Shown: positions 43,967-56,255 of the stretch, one piece after another
How positions within the stretch are numbered: the stretch's first letter is position 1
Layout of the letters: each line of letters opens with the position of its first letter
Assembly (NCBI GenBank): GCA_951406725.2
Contig: OX597836.1
Coordinates: 18,414,001 to 18,478,000 of the forward strand
Reading direction: 5' to 3'
Origin: Octopus vulgaris
Taxonomy: Eukaryota
DNA length: 64,000 nucleotides
Notes under the pieces: generated by a model
Seen by the model: only the letters and a program-made list of their open reading frames with translations
Told to the model about the DNA's origin: nothing
The model's database searches: none
Position numbers and translations under genes: made by a program

Positions 43967-45133
43967 CAGCTGCAACAGCAGCATCAACTGCATCAACAAG
44001 CTGCAAAAATACCGGCACCAAAACGAAAAGCAGCAACAACCCTCACAGTCACAATAACTCCTCCGCCGGCCCCACCACTCACACCCTCATCGCCGCTACC
44101 CACAAGCACCACTATAGCAACAACAACTTCAACTACAACAACAACAACAGCAGCAGCTTCTGCTGCTGCTGCTGCTGCTGTTGCAGCCAAATCAGCAGCC
44201 TCGTCGGCGTCGGCATCATTAACAACAACAGCTCGGAGATTATCGTCAGCCGTTCCGCTCGATTTTTCCTCGTTGTCTTCATCGCTTTCCACATCGGTTC
44301 AGTCCTTATCGCCTCGACAACCACCACGGAAGCGGGGCCGAAGCCCACGCCCGAGTCCCAAGCCGAGCCCGAAACCAAGCCGGCTCCTTCGCTTTCATCA
44401 TTCGCAAAAACACAAGTCATCAGCGGCGGCGGCGTCACCGTCAGCATCATCATCATCATCATCGTTACCATCGGCGATACCACAACTGTTTTCGCAGGCA
44501 GCGGCGGCGTTAAAAAGTGTACCTTCGTCGGTTTCGACTCAATTGAAACCGTCGACACCGCCACCAAAGGGAGTACGAACGCCTACGCAAAATCGGAAAA
44601 CAACAACGGTAGTTCTCCTCCAACCGTCGGTACAGCCAAAGCAACAGCCACCACGCCGACTATCGCAAACACAATTACAACCACCGTCGCCCTCTCCACG
44701 CCGACTATCGCAAACACAATTACAACCACCGTCGCCCTCTCCACGCCGCTTATCAGACACACAACTACAACTACAACAACCTGTGTCCTTTACACGCCGT
44801 GCATCACAAACGCAACTTCAACAACCACCGCCGTCACCGCGACGCTTATCACAAACACAACTACAACCCCCGTCGCCCTCCCCACGCCGACTATCAGACA
44901 CACAACTACAACTACAACAACCGCCGGCCTCACCACGCCGCTTGTCGCAAACACAGCTCCAACCACAACAGTGGCCGCAAGCGAGCCCACGGCCAAGCCC
45001 AACGTGTCCCGTTTCGCCCACTCCATTTTCGGCTTCGCCTCCCTCTTCTTCGGCGCCTTCTTCTCCGCCGCCCTCTCCACCTTCGCCGCGATGTTGTGAG
45101 TGTTTCGGTTGTGGTAGTGTTCTGACGAGGAGA
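43967..45133 (+). CDS. Putative in-frame N-terminal extension of the SCY1-like protein (Ser/Pro/Thr/Gln-rich, SPRRLSQTQLQ repeats); true 5' boundary unknown
   Basis: The frame is open from after TAG 43964-43966 into the ATG at 45134, with no in-frame ATG. Repeat copies conserve RRLS and TQLQ through different synonymous codons. Confidence 0.55.
44651..44965 (+). repeat. 45/51-bp tandem repeat, 7 copies (PRRLSQTQLQPPSPS)
   Basis: Unit starts at 44651, 44696, 44741, 44792, 44837, 44882, 44933; all spacings are multiples of 3. Confidence 0.9.
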
Positions 45134-45283
45134 ATGGAAGTTTTATCCATGCTAAAATTGTCCTTAAACACTGACAATATTAATCCTATAACCAAATATT
45201 ATGATATAGGCAAACAGGTCGGCAGTGCAGGACCAGAAATGGTATGGAAGATTTTCGATGCAGTGCGCCTTGAGGACAAAAGA
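45134..45283 (+). CDS. SCYL2: Coding exon of a SCY1-like pseudokinase (SCYL2/CVAK104-type), start of the kinase-like domain
   Basis: Translates MEVLSMLKLSLNTDNINPITKYYDIGKQVGSAGPEMVWKIFDAVRLEDKR, resembling the SCYL2 N-terminus as I recall it (NPVTREFDVGRHIASGGNGLAWKIF). It is exactly 50 codons followed by AGA|GTAAGT (phase 0 donor at 45284). Could be an invertebrate SCYL2 paralog; the next exon (expected EVSVFxF-like) was not seen in the window. Confidence 0.8.
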
Positions 45284-45289
45284 GTAAGT
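45284..45289 (+). other. 5' splice donor GTAAGT; intron apparently runs at least 18.7 kb to the window end
   Basis: Consensus donor exactly where SCYL similarity ends; the frame then becomes T-rich and non-protein-like. Confidence 0.75.
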
Positions 45290-45731
45290 ACATATTTTAG
45301 TATCTGTTTCCTTCTCCCTTCTTCCTTCCATATATGTTTATATCAGTTGTGTTGGTTCGCAATGCTGTTATATTTTTCATTCGCTCTCCCAGTGTATAAC
45401 AACGATATCTAAGCGAGGCACAAAACTGCAAATATTGGGCGGCGGAGTGGGGGAGAGTAGTTTTTTCCTAATATTCGGTTGAAGTTTATCGAGGTCGGTT
45501 TTGCCTTTTATCCTTTTATCCTTTCAGGGTCGGTAAAATGTGTACCAGTCGTGTACCGGGGTCGATGTAATGACCAACACCCCCTCCCTCAAAATTTCAA
45601 GTTTTGTTTCTATAGCAAAAAGGGTTATTCATCCTTTCAGGGTCGATGAATTAAGAACCAGTTGTACACAAAAGTCAATGTTTAAGCCCCAAGCCCCAAA
45701 ATTGCTAACCTTGCGCCAAAAAAATCGAAAC

Positions 45732-45788
<57 letters not shown>

Positions 45789-46652
45789 TATATTGAAGTG
45801 TAGTATGCTTCATAATAATATTTAACACGCTTTTTAATCTCCAGTATTTCACTGGTACTGTAGTTTTTGTCGACCCTTCGCAAGGTTATCTGTCACATGT
45901 TTACAAAAAAAAAAAAAAAAACAGAAAGAAAAAACATGGAAAATATTTAAATCCTCTCTCACCCCACCATTTCTCTGATATTTTATTTAATGGACCCGAG
46001 TTAAAGAACAAAAGATAAAGGTGACAATAATTAAAAAGTTGCCATGCTTTCAACGGAATTTGAACTCGGATCTTAAAGGGCCGTAATTCGACACTGGGTA
46101 ACTATTTTCTCCAACGTTCCAACAATTATTTCAACCCACCATGCTGTAGTTGAACATTTCTACCCCACCCTCAATATTTAACTGGTATATTATTTTTTCC
46201 ACCCCCCAAAAAGCATAAACTGTTTTTAAAAAGCGCAACTCTGAATTTACTAGGATTTGAACTCAAAAAGTCAAGGGAGACAACTCTACAGTTACTACGC
46301 TAATCCATTCGTCTGAAAGTTGGGTAATTATTCAAAATATGTAACGTATTGATTTTCTGTTACAAAGACACTAAGTCTAGAATATAAAGGAAGGGCACTG
46401 CATTTTGCATTAAACGCGGTACTTTGTGATTTTTTTTTTTCAAAAAAAAAAACCCCAGCTGACAATTGGACTAAATTCTTTCCCAGTATTTATTCTGGTC
46501 CCTTCATATTCTACATACAGCATCGCGAAAAAGGGTTAAGTTTTTTTTTAACGAAAAAGGGTTAAGTTGAAATTTTTTTTTCACCTTTTTTATTTTATTT
46601 TATTTTATCGGAGATAAATTCGATTAAACCTGACCAGAGACTAAACAACAAC

Positions 46653-46759
<107 letters not shown>

Positions 46760-46796
46760 TAATAATAATAATGATAATGAAATAATAATAATAATA

Positions 46797-46850
<54 letters not shown>

Positions 46851-46865
46851 GTAATAATAGTAGTA

Positions 46866-47003
<138 letters not shown>

Positions 47004-47024
47004 TAATAATAATAATGATAATGA

Positions 47025-47070
<46 letters not shown>

Positions 47071-47085
47071 GTAATAATAGTAGTA

Positions 47086-47139
<54 letters not shown>

Positions 47140-47154
47140 GTAATAATAGTAGTA

Positions 47155-47211
<57 letters not shown>

Positions 47212-47226
47212 GTAATAATAGTAGTA

Positions 47227-47284
<58 letters not shown>

Positions 47285-47469
47285 TAATAATAATTAAAGA
47301 ACACTATTGAATAAAAGAAGTAGCCTCTATGTGGTTGGTGTTCCTGCTAGAAATAACAGGTAAATATGCCTCAAACTTAAAGAAAAAGAAAATATAATAA
47401 TCAAAATATAAATATATATATATATATATAAAAACTGCAGCAATCACGTTGTTGTTGAAGTTGCTGTTG

Positions 47470-47501
<32 letters not shown>

Positions 47502-48399
47502 GGTGGTGGTGGTGGTGGCTATTATAACCAATGTTATTGTAGTTGTGGTTTGTGCTGGGGGGAAGTAGAGTGGCAAAATCATTAGAGAAATAGTTTGAAG
47601 CATTGCTTCCGGTTCCTTTACGGACCTGAGTTCAAATGCTGCGCAACTCAATTTTTGCCCTTCATCCTTTCAGCGCAGATAAAATAACGTAGCAACCTTC
47701 TACGGAGATCGATTTAATTTTTTACCACCCCCACCCCTCACACACACACACACACACACACATACACACACACATCTCTCATTTCCTAAATATCAAAAAA
47801 CATTTATTGCAATTGTTGTTGTTATTCGTGATGCAGTTTTTGTGTTTGTTTAACTCCCGGTCAGACGCGGTCGAGCTGACCAATGACCAATGACCAAAGG
47901 TATTCCAGTCGTGACCACCCCGTCTTTTATTTCCCTATGATCACAGAGAGGATAAACCGCTCACCATTTAACTCCTGAGTGCTTTTGCTAAGACTGTGGA
48001 TATCGGGGGGAGATTAGGTTACTATTTCTAGCAGACATGTGTGTCTCAGTTGCTGGTTCAAGGTGAGGCGTGACTTTAATTGAAACTGTGCAGTGCTTCT
48101 AAATTCTGTAACGCTACATAAATTTGACAACATATGTGGGGGCGGGGTACAGGTTCCTAATAGTTTTCACTCGGCTTGTTAGAAATAGCAGCTAACTCTC
48201 TCTCAAACTCATGCTTTATTCTCTTAACAGAAAATTTAAAAGGCATGATACGTTGTGTAAGAGACAGCCTCACTTACGTGGTGATCGCAGTGGAACGCAT
48301 TTGCGTCTGGTGAAAGGGTGTGGTGCTAAGCTTCACCACCATCGCCACCACCGCTGTCATCAGCAATAACACAAACATCGGCAACGAGCAAATGAGGGA

Positions 48400-48586
48400 A
48401 CCTCTACGTGGTCGCTCTGCATGCTAAAAATAGCAGCCAATTCCCCCAACCCACCCCCATTCAAATCACATACTAGTGTCTTTGATAAAAACACGTTGAA
48501 TGACGTAGTCATGTGTTAGGATGGTCATGGCTGGAAAGTCTTTAGTCCTGGATTTTTGTCTATTAAACCTGACCAGAGACTAAACA
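48400..48586 (+). mobile_element. Old ~180-bp interspersed repeat (family E) ending in an (AAC/AAT)n tail
   Basis: CTCTACGTGGTC...CTA(G/A)AAATAGCAGC...GGATGGTCATGGCTGGAA...CTGACC...CTAAACAAC; related copies near 35820, 38880, 42580, 47820(-), 48870, 51340, 58340(-) and 59375. Confidence 0.65.
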
Positions 48587-48589
48587 ATG

Positions 48590-48626
<37 letters not shown>

Positions 48627-48641
48627 CAACAACAACAACAA

Positions 48642-48683
<42 letters not shown>

Positions 48684-48691
48684 TAATAATG

Positions 48692-48757
<66 letters not shown>

Positions 48758-48766
48758 ATAATAATG

Positions 48767-48837
<71 letters not shown>

Positions 48838-49239
48838 TAAACAACACCATTGAATAAAAGAAGTAGCTTCTATGTGGTTGGTCAAACTGCTAGAAATAAC
48901 AGGTAAATATGCCTCAAACTTCTCAATGTCATTTAAAATATGAGAGGGTATATATAATGTATATTGCAGAGTAGAAAATAAGGCGAGATGGTTATGGCTG
49001 GGAACATTTTGATAGTAGGTCTTTCTGTCAGTTCAGGTCTGAACCCGCTTCTAAACAACAACCTGCACTATCCCCAACAACAACCACAGCTACAACAAGA
49101 AGAACACGATCTCCACCAAAAATATCACCATCCCCGTTACCAGCAAGAACAACATTTGCAACAGCAACAACAAGAACACGCACAACAACACTAAGAAAAG
49201 CAACATCTACACCACAAACAATAACAACAACAACAACAT

Positions 49240-49272
<33 letters not shown>

Positions 49273-49555
49273 TATGTCTATATCCCCTGCTAAGTAGCAG
49301 ATCATATGTCGATGTTTGACAGAAAAGCACTAAAAGTGGATCAAATTGTTACAAATTGGAAAATTCTTTTGGTGAACATGTTGGATTAGTAAACGTCACA
49401 CCGGATCAAGTGACTTAATTATCTAATTATCTCCCTTTACATTCAGAGTTCAAATATTGTTGCCGATAAGTATAGAAGTGGGATTAATAAAATAAGCTAA
49501 CACCTATAGCAATAAATTGAATGTGTAGTCTTGTGCCTATATTCAAAATCATATG

Positions 49556-49595
<40 letters not shown>

Positions 49596-50479
49596 CGGGT
49601 TTTGTAAATTCGATATTGTTTCCATTTATTTTTCTCTTGCGGCTCTTATTTCTTTTTCTTCTCGTTAATGATTTATATGATCCAAACTGTTAGATGTTCT
49701 TCCTGTTCCTCGTATTACTGGATTTATTTTCATTGTAAATATTATTTGATTCTTGCTGTTTCGTCTCGTAATTCCGATTTTTTCGACCACCACTTTTACT
49801 CCTCTACCTCCATATATATATTTCTTTATTCATACTTCGTAAGCTCCCTAAGTCTAAAGTGTGTGTGTGTGTACGTGTGTTAATGCTTTTTATGTGAAAT
49901 TGTACATAAAATCAATTGACCATTACTCAATACAGTTTAGTAGTCTGCATGTTTATCAACTGTTTCAAAGAAAAAGTTGATAGTGACTTCAAAGTCTTGT
50001 GTATGTGTGTAAGCACTGAAATATTTTATATTTTGTAACCTATTCCATTAATCCCGCATTTTTTTCGTCGCCTTTGTCCTTCTACCGGTCATTGAGGTCT
50101 TGTAAAGGAAGATGAGTAAGGTCCCTTTCTGTTCTAACAAAACAATTTTAAAAAACAGAAATACGAAGAAACGCTTATAATTTTAACTCACAGTACATAT
50201 GGTAGAATTTCTACGTTACTATTATTTCTATTTTTCTAATTATTATTATTGTTGTTGTGTTATTGATATTTTTGCCGTTTTTGCTGTTATTATTATTATT
50301 ATTTTTACTTATTTTTATTTGTATAAATTTGTAAATCTTCCAAACAGTTGCTTCCTTATATAAAAAATTTCGACTTTGCATTCGATTTCGGTCAATAGTT
50401 GAGCTTGACTAAAGCGTAACACACGAACGCACATTTAGCTCAGCAGAAAAAAATAATACGCTAGATCCATCGCTCCATT

Positions 50480-50760
50480 TTTTTCAGCTTACTATTCCTG
50501 GAAGTGTTGTGGAGGTACAAACCTCTGGCATCTCCTCCACGTGGTTATTTCAGAAGCAAGCTTCGTTACAGTTTTCAGCTGGATTCCCAAGCATGACCAG
50601 CTGTGACTATGGATATTATACAACCATCTTGTTCTTGGTCTTCCCTTGGGATAACCTACCTGTTGGATTGGTTTGAAGAATCCGGATCTTTTCCTTTTGA
50701 ATAATTTTATACACACGCTTTCCGAACGTAAACATAACAGTGACAGGATGTTGTCTCAGT
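50480..50760 (-). mobile_element. RTE-clade LINE 3' end relic, similar family to 17340-17870
   Basis: PKGRPRTRWLYNIHSHSWSCLGIQ...TTWRR matches the GRPxxRW...WR RTE C-terminal motif. Confidence 0.7.
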
Positions 50761-51994
50761 TTTAGACGTAGCAAATGATTTTAGCTAAATAGAGGCCATC
50801 GATTGGTTAAAATTCGAAAAATCAAACTACGTTAAACTTACAAATTACAATTTTCTCAAGAAAGCCAAAAGAAAAAAATGTTTTATTTTGACGCATTCTA
50901 CCAGTATACGAAGTTTAAAAGTGTTCAATTGACTAGAAATTGTGTTGAAAACTGCCGTTCCAAAGGAAAAGATCCAAGAATCCGTCTAATTTTCCCGCGA
51001 CATTCAAATCCCATATGTGGCTCCGTAGTGGTGGTGGTGGTAGAGAGGAAGTGGTAAGACTCCCTAGTCTCTGAAATATACATCCTGTCGAGCAGCATTC
51101 CTCCAGAAATAATGATTGTTATGAAAGAACAAAGTTAAAATGGCGGACTAAAATTGCTTTGCAGTATTTAGTGATTACGTCCCTTGAACGTTCAGAACTT
51201 TCAATAGATTTGTTTGTCAACTCGATCAATAATCGATACGAATTACCAATCAGTGGATATACTCGATTATACATCTCATCTTCCCTTTCCACCTCACCCA
51301 ACCCCATCTGCTCTAAAACCTAACAGCGAAAAGGACTCGACGAAGAAGCCTCTGCATGGTCTACGGACATGCCAAGAGTGGCAACTAAATCATTCTCGAG
51401 TTATACCACGCGGTCCTCGTTTTTTTCTGTTTTTGCAACAATTTCCCTTTGGTGACTGAGAAACTGGATTTACTACATATCGAGTGGTAAAGGTGGGATG
51501 GTCACCATTGAAATCATTTAATCTGTCTGTACGAATAGAGTTGATTTGGGCCTAAACAACAAGAACAACAACAACAAAGCACATTCTTCGATTCGTTACG
51601 TTGGGAGACGAGGTAAACTGCCGAACTAAATGGTTTTGTAGTACTTAGTTATCTCCCCTTTACTGACTTCTGAATGCGAATACTACTAACATTGACTTCA
51701 CTTTCTAACTTTTCGGTGAAACGGAAAGGATGATGTCACTTCAATACAATTAAATACCAGGCATGTGCAAAGGGTTGGGGAGGAGGCCTTGTACTTAATT
51801 TAGAAATTAACCTTACTAGTGTCTTTCATACCTGATCTATTCTTCTTTGCTTTTGTTTTTGTATTCATAATGAATTCGATGTAGCCCCACTCGCCCCCCC
51901 CCATCCACAGACGCGCGCACTTGCACTCTCACACCATTCCTGTAATCTTTACCTATTTTGTCCAGCTTCAATTGTCAACTAATGAAATTAGTAT

Positions 51995-52205
51995 CGGCGA
52001 GCTGGTAGAATCGTTAGCATGCCGGGGCAAAATGCTTAGCGGCATTTCGTCCGTCTTTACGGTTCAAATTCCGCCGACGTCGAATTTGGCCTTTTATCCT
52101 TTCGGGGTCGATAAATTAAGTACCAGTGAAACAGTGAAGTCGATGTAACCGACTAGTCCCCTACCTATAAAATTTCAGGCCTTGTGCCTTTAGCAGAAAC
52201 GATTA
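51995..52205 (+). mobile_element. SINE family B, older subfamily with a different 3' end
   Basis: GGCGAGCTGGTAGAATCGTTAGC...AAATTTCAGGCCTTGTGCC; similar diverged copies near 20610, 22670, 33270, 45470 and 52760. Confidence 0.78.
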
Positions 52206-52236
52206 TTATTATTATTATTATTATCATTATTATTAT

Positions 52237-52321
<85 letters not shown>

Positions 52322-52325
52322 GGTG

Positions 52326-52382
<57 letters not shown>

Positions 52383-52989
52383 TTCAGTAATCTTATTTTT
52401 ATCACGTGTTTTCACTGCACTACCGGCACAGCTGTGTGCCTTGGGTATGTGCTGTGGTTTGTTGTGGTGTTCTTGTTTCCACTGCATTGGTTGGTGGTTT
52501 AAAAAAAAACCCTAGGATGAAGAAAGAGAGGTGAAAGAAATCCCGAAGAACTCGAACCACGCAACCCCTTTGTACCTATCACTAACCACGTGTGTTAACC
52601 AATTTCACTAAATTCTCTTTTTCCTATAAAATTAGTTGCGCGCGCAAGTGTGTGTAAACGATACTAAGTAAAGCTCTCCACTACTTTTGTGAATTGTTTT
52701 CTTGATGTTCCCGCTATGTGTCGCCCCTCGTAGCAAATAAACAAATTACTATTGGACAGTGAACTGAGAGAATTATTAGTGCGTCGAGCAAAATGTTTAC
52801 CGGTTTTTCGTCCGTCCTTGCATTCTGAGTTCGAATTCTCCGAATGTCGACTTTACCTTTCATCCTCTTGGGGTCGATGCAATTAGTACCAATTGAGCAG
52901 TGGGATCCATGTAATCGACCAGCTCCCTAAAAATTTCAGGCCCTATATCCACAACTGAAAGGATTATCATTTTTGTGGCAGTTATTGAT

Positions 52990-53125
52990 ATAGGTGCAAG
53001 AGTGGCTGTGTGGTTCAGGGTTCAGTCCCACTGCATGGTACCTTGGCCAAGTGTCTTCTACTATAGCCTTGGGCCAACCAAAGCTTTGTGAGTGGATTTG
53101 GTAGACAGAAACTGAAAGGAGCTCG

Positions 53126-53171
<46 letters not shown>

Positions 53172-53375
53172 ATTTGCCCCACTCACCACCACCCTGACAA
53201 CCAGTGCTGGTGTGTTTGCAATCCCGTAACGTAGCGGTTGGGCAAAAGAGACTGATAAAATAAGTACCAAGCTTTAAAAGCATTATTCCCAGGGTCGATT
53301 TGTTGGACTAAACCCCTGGGGCGGTGCCCCAGCATGGCCGCTGTCAAATGACTGAAACAAGTAAAGATAAAAAAT
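52990..53375 (+). mobile_element. SINE family A, diverged
   Basis: Same head, microsatellite and tail layout. Confidence 0.8.
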
Positions 53376-53926
53376 AAAAAGTTCACTGACCGGGCCCGCG
53401 TGAATGGTTGAACCACCCGCTTCAGATATATTACGTTCTCATTTATATTTACATATATATATACATATATTGAGAATTGCTACATAGATGAATTTTAGCT
53501 TGCGTGCGAGACGGTTTGCGTGAATATATGTACACATGCTTTTATGTGTATAATTTAGATTCATATTCATACGTCTGTATATGAATGTATGGCGTTTACG
53601 CGCATCCTTTTGTGTATGTTGATATATATATGTGGATTTTAATATAAATATGTATTGCAGTATTTATAACAGGTTTAATTTCTATGCATTAATTTGTACT
53701 GTCTTCATTAACGGCAACAGGTTTTTTCCTCGGTATTTTCCTCGGATTTTATAATTTTTATAAGTTTTTATATATATATACATATATTTTTGACCTTTTT
53801 GTTTATCGCTCGAAGATTGACCGTTTTTTTCTAAAGGGCCAATCAAACAAGTCCATTTCTTTTTAAAGGTGTAGCGTTTGTAAGAGTATAGATTGAATTA
53901 ATATATATGTTCCATTCTAGCAAAAA

Positions 53927-53964
53927 CTGTCTGATGAACGGCAACGAGAAACTCAGAGTAACAG
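53927..53964 (+). ncRNA. Compact minimal hammerhead motif
   Basis: CTGT-CTGATGA-ACG-GCAA-CGA-GAAA-CTCAGAG-TA-ACAG: stem I CTGT/ACAG, GNRA loop, near-palindromic stem III. The base pair of stem II is mismatched. Confidence 0.65.
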
Positions 53965-54002
53965 ATTTTGTTGATTTTTCTGCTGCTTAAAATAAAGTAT
54001 AC

Positions 54003-54053
<51 letters not shown>

Positions 54054-54247
54054 AAGAAAAAAATGAGATTTTTAAAATTTATTTTTGCTTTTCATAATCA
54101 ATTCATCGATTCAATGTAAATTCCCGCCAATACTTCACTGTCGCCTTCCCCCTCTCCCCTTCTCTCTACCTGACCTCAATTACCGCCAATGTCATTGGTT
54201 TCATTCATCTCTCTTCTTTCGAACTGAAGGGTGCCAGGTGGTGGTGT

Positions 54248-54307
<60 letters not shown>

Positions 54308-54320
54308 CAGCAGCAGTAGT

Positions 54321-54358
<38 letters not shown>

Positions 54359-54482
54359 TAGTAGTAGTAGCAGCAGCAGCAGCAGTAGTAGTAGCAGCAG
54401 CAGCAGTAGTAGTAGTAGTAGTAGCAGCAGCAGCAGCAGTAGTAGTAGCAGCAGCAGCAGTAGTAGTAGTAGTAGTAGCAGC

Positions 54483-54527
<45 letters not shown>
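54248..54527 (+). repeat. (AGT)n/(AGC)n compound microsatellite
   Basis: Directly visible. Confidence 0.95.
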
Positions 54528-54530
<3 letters not shown>

Positions 54531-54900
54531 TGTGGTGGCGGTGGTGGTGATGGGTTGTGGTGGTGGAATTGGTGGAAGGATATCGTAAAACGTGTGGAAA
54601 ATCGATCGTCGTGGGCGAGATGAAGTGGCGAGACGCCGAGAAAGGCGGAAGAGGAGGAGGAGGAGAACCAGAATGACTAAAAGAGGTCAAAGTCACTGCT
54701 TGGAAATTCTCCTTGACCCCTGGCCGAAACTTGCTCTTCAAATGGACACCAACTTATAAATGTCGGACACACACATTCACACACACACACACACACATAT
54801 ACAAACACACACACAAACACAAGATATATATATATACACACACAACCATCCACACAGGCACACACACATATATACACATACACTCGCACACACCCATATA

Positions 54901-54953
<53 letters not shown>

Positions 54954-55352
54954 TCAATAAAACAGGTTAACCTTCTCGCTAAACCAAGTCATTGATTCCA
55001 TTTTCATATTCTTTTATTATTTTTCTGTATATTTTATTTGTTTATTTATTTATTTTGGTGAAGAAGAAAAATTTTTTTTTTCCTTTTTTTGATATATTTT
55101 TGTATCTTTCTTTTAATGTTTCGAAAGGTCGTACCCGTAGCCATCTAAAGTCATTTACACATCGCTAACATATATCGCTTTTAAAGCAGGCCCTCTTCAA
55201 TTCTGTCTTTCTTTGCATATATCTGTGCGTGTGTGTGTGTATGTGTGTGTTCGACATTTATAAGTTGGCACAATATATATATACATGCATACATACAAAG
55301 ATATATATATATATGTATGCATGTATATACATATATATGCATGTATGTATAT

Positions 55353-55400
<48 letters not shown>

Positions 55401-55685
55401 AGAATTCACAAAAAAAGACAAAAGACGAAGGCAGGTGGTGTAGAAAACAAACAGATGTATTAGTATAACGCTCAGGAATTGAAAAAGTCTTTAACGTTTC
55501 GAGCCTACGCTCTTCTACAGGAAGGAACACAGAAAGAAACAAGAAGAGAAAAATATGTGTAGTGGCTACCGATCTATCATATATTTATGTATGTGTATGA
55601 CTGTTGTGCATGTGTGTGTGTACATATATAAAAAATGAATAAATGCATATATATAATTTTTAATATACATACAGACATACATATA

Positions 55686-56100
55686 TACAAGGTGTTTGGG
55701 GCTTAAATTTGAGAGTTTGCATAAAAGGAAACGAAAGCACAATATCCCATCCCCAAAATAAAACTTTTTTTTTTTCAATAAAAAAGCATCAACTTGATTA
55801 TGGCTGGGAGATGAGTTTTCTCAAAGCTGCCTCTTTCAGCCTCCATCACAGCCTCAACACAGTGCCAGAGCCTGCAGCATGCGTTCCTCACTACGTCCCT
55901 GGGAAAATCTTTTTTAAATCTCCCTGTCCTTATCCACCAGCTCAGACTTGGTGTTGCAAGCAAAGCGATAGGTGTCTTTCTCTGCCATACCCCTCACATA
56001 GTAGTCAATGGGATTACAATCGAGAGAATTTGAAGCACAGAAATCAGGACTGATGAAGTCGTAGAAATTCTCTAACAACCACGTATGACTTTTTACGGAG
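55686..56100 (-). mobile_element. Tc1/mariner transposase C-terminal relic with probable terminal end
   Basis: Minus strand reads SNSLDCNPIDYY (SPDxNPxD-like) and RDVVRNACCRLWHCVEAVMEAERGSFE; TA-CAAGGTG at about 55686 resembles a TIR end. Confidence 0.7.
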
Positions 56101-56196
56101 GTATGCTAAGAAGTCGAATATATATATATACACACATACATGCATATATACAGTCATACATACACACACACACACACACATTGAGAGAGAGAGAGC

Positions 56197-56255
<59 letters not shown>

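Noticed and set aside
43053-44039. 328-aa hydrophobic minus-strand ORF resembling a membrane protein
   Set aside because: It is the antisense reading of AAC-rich repeats and the 72-bp minisatellite.
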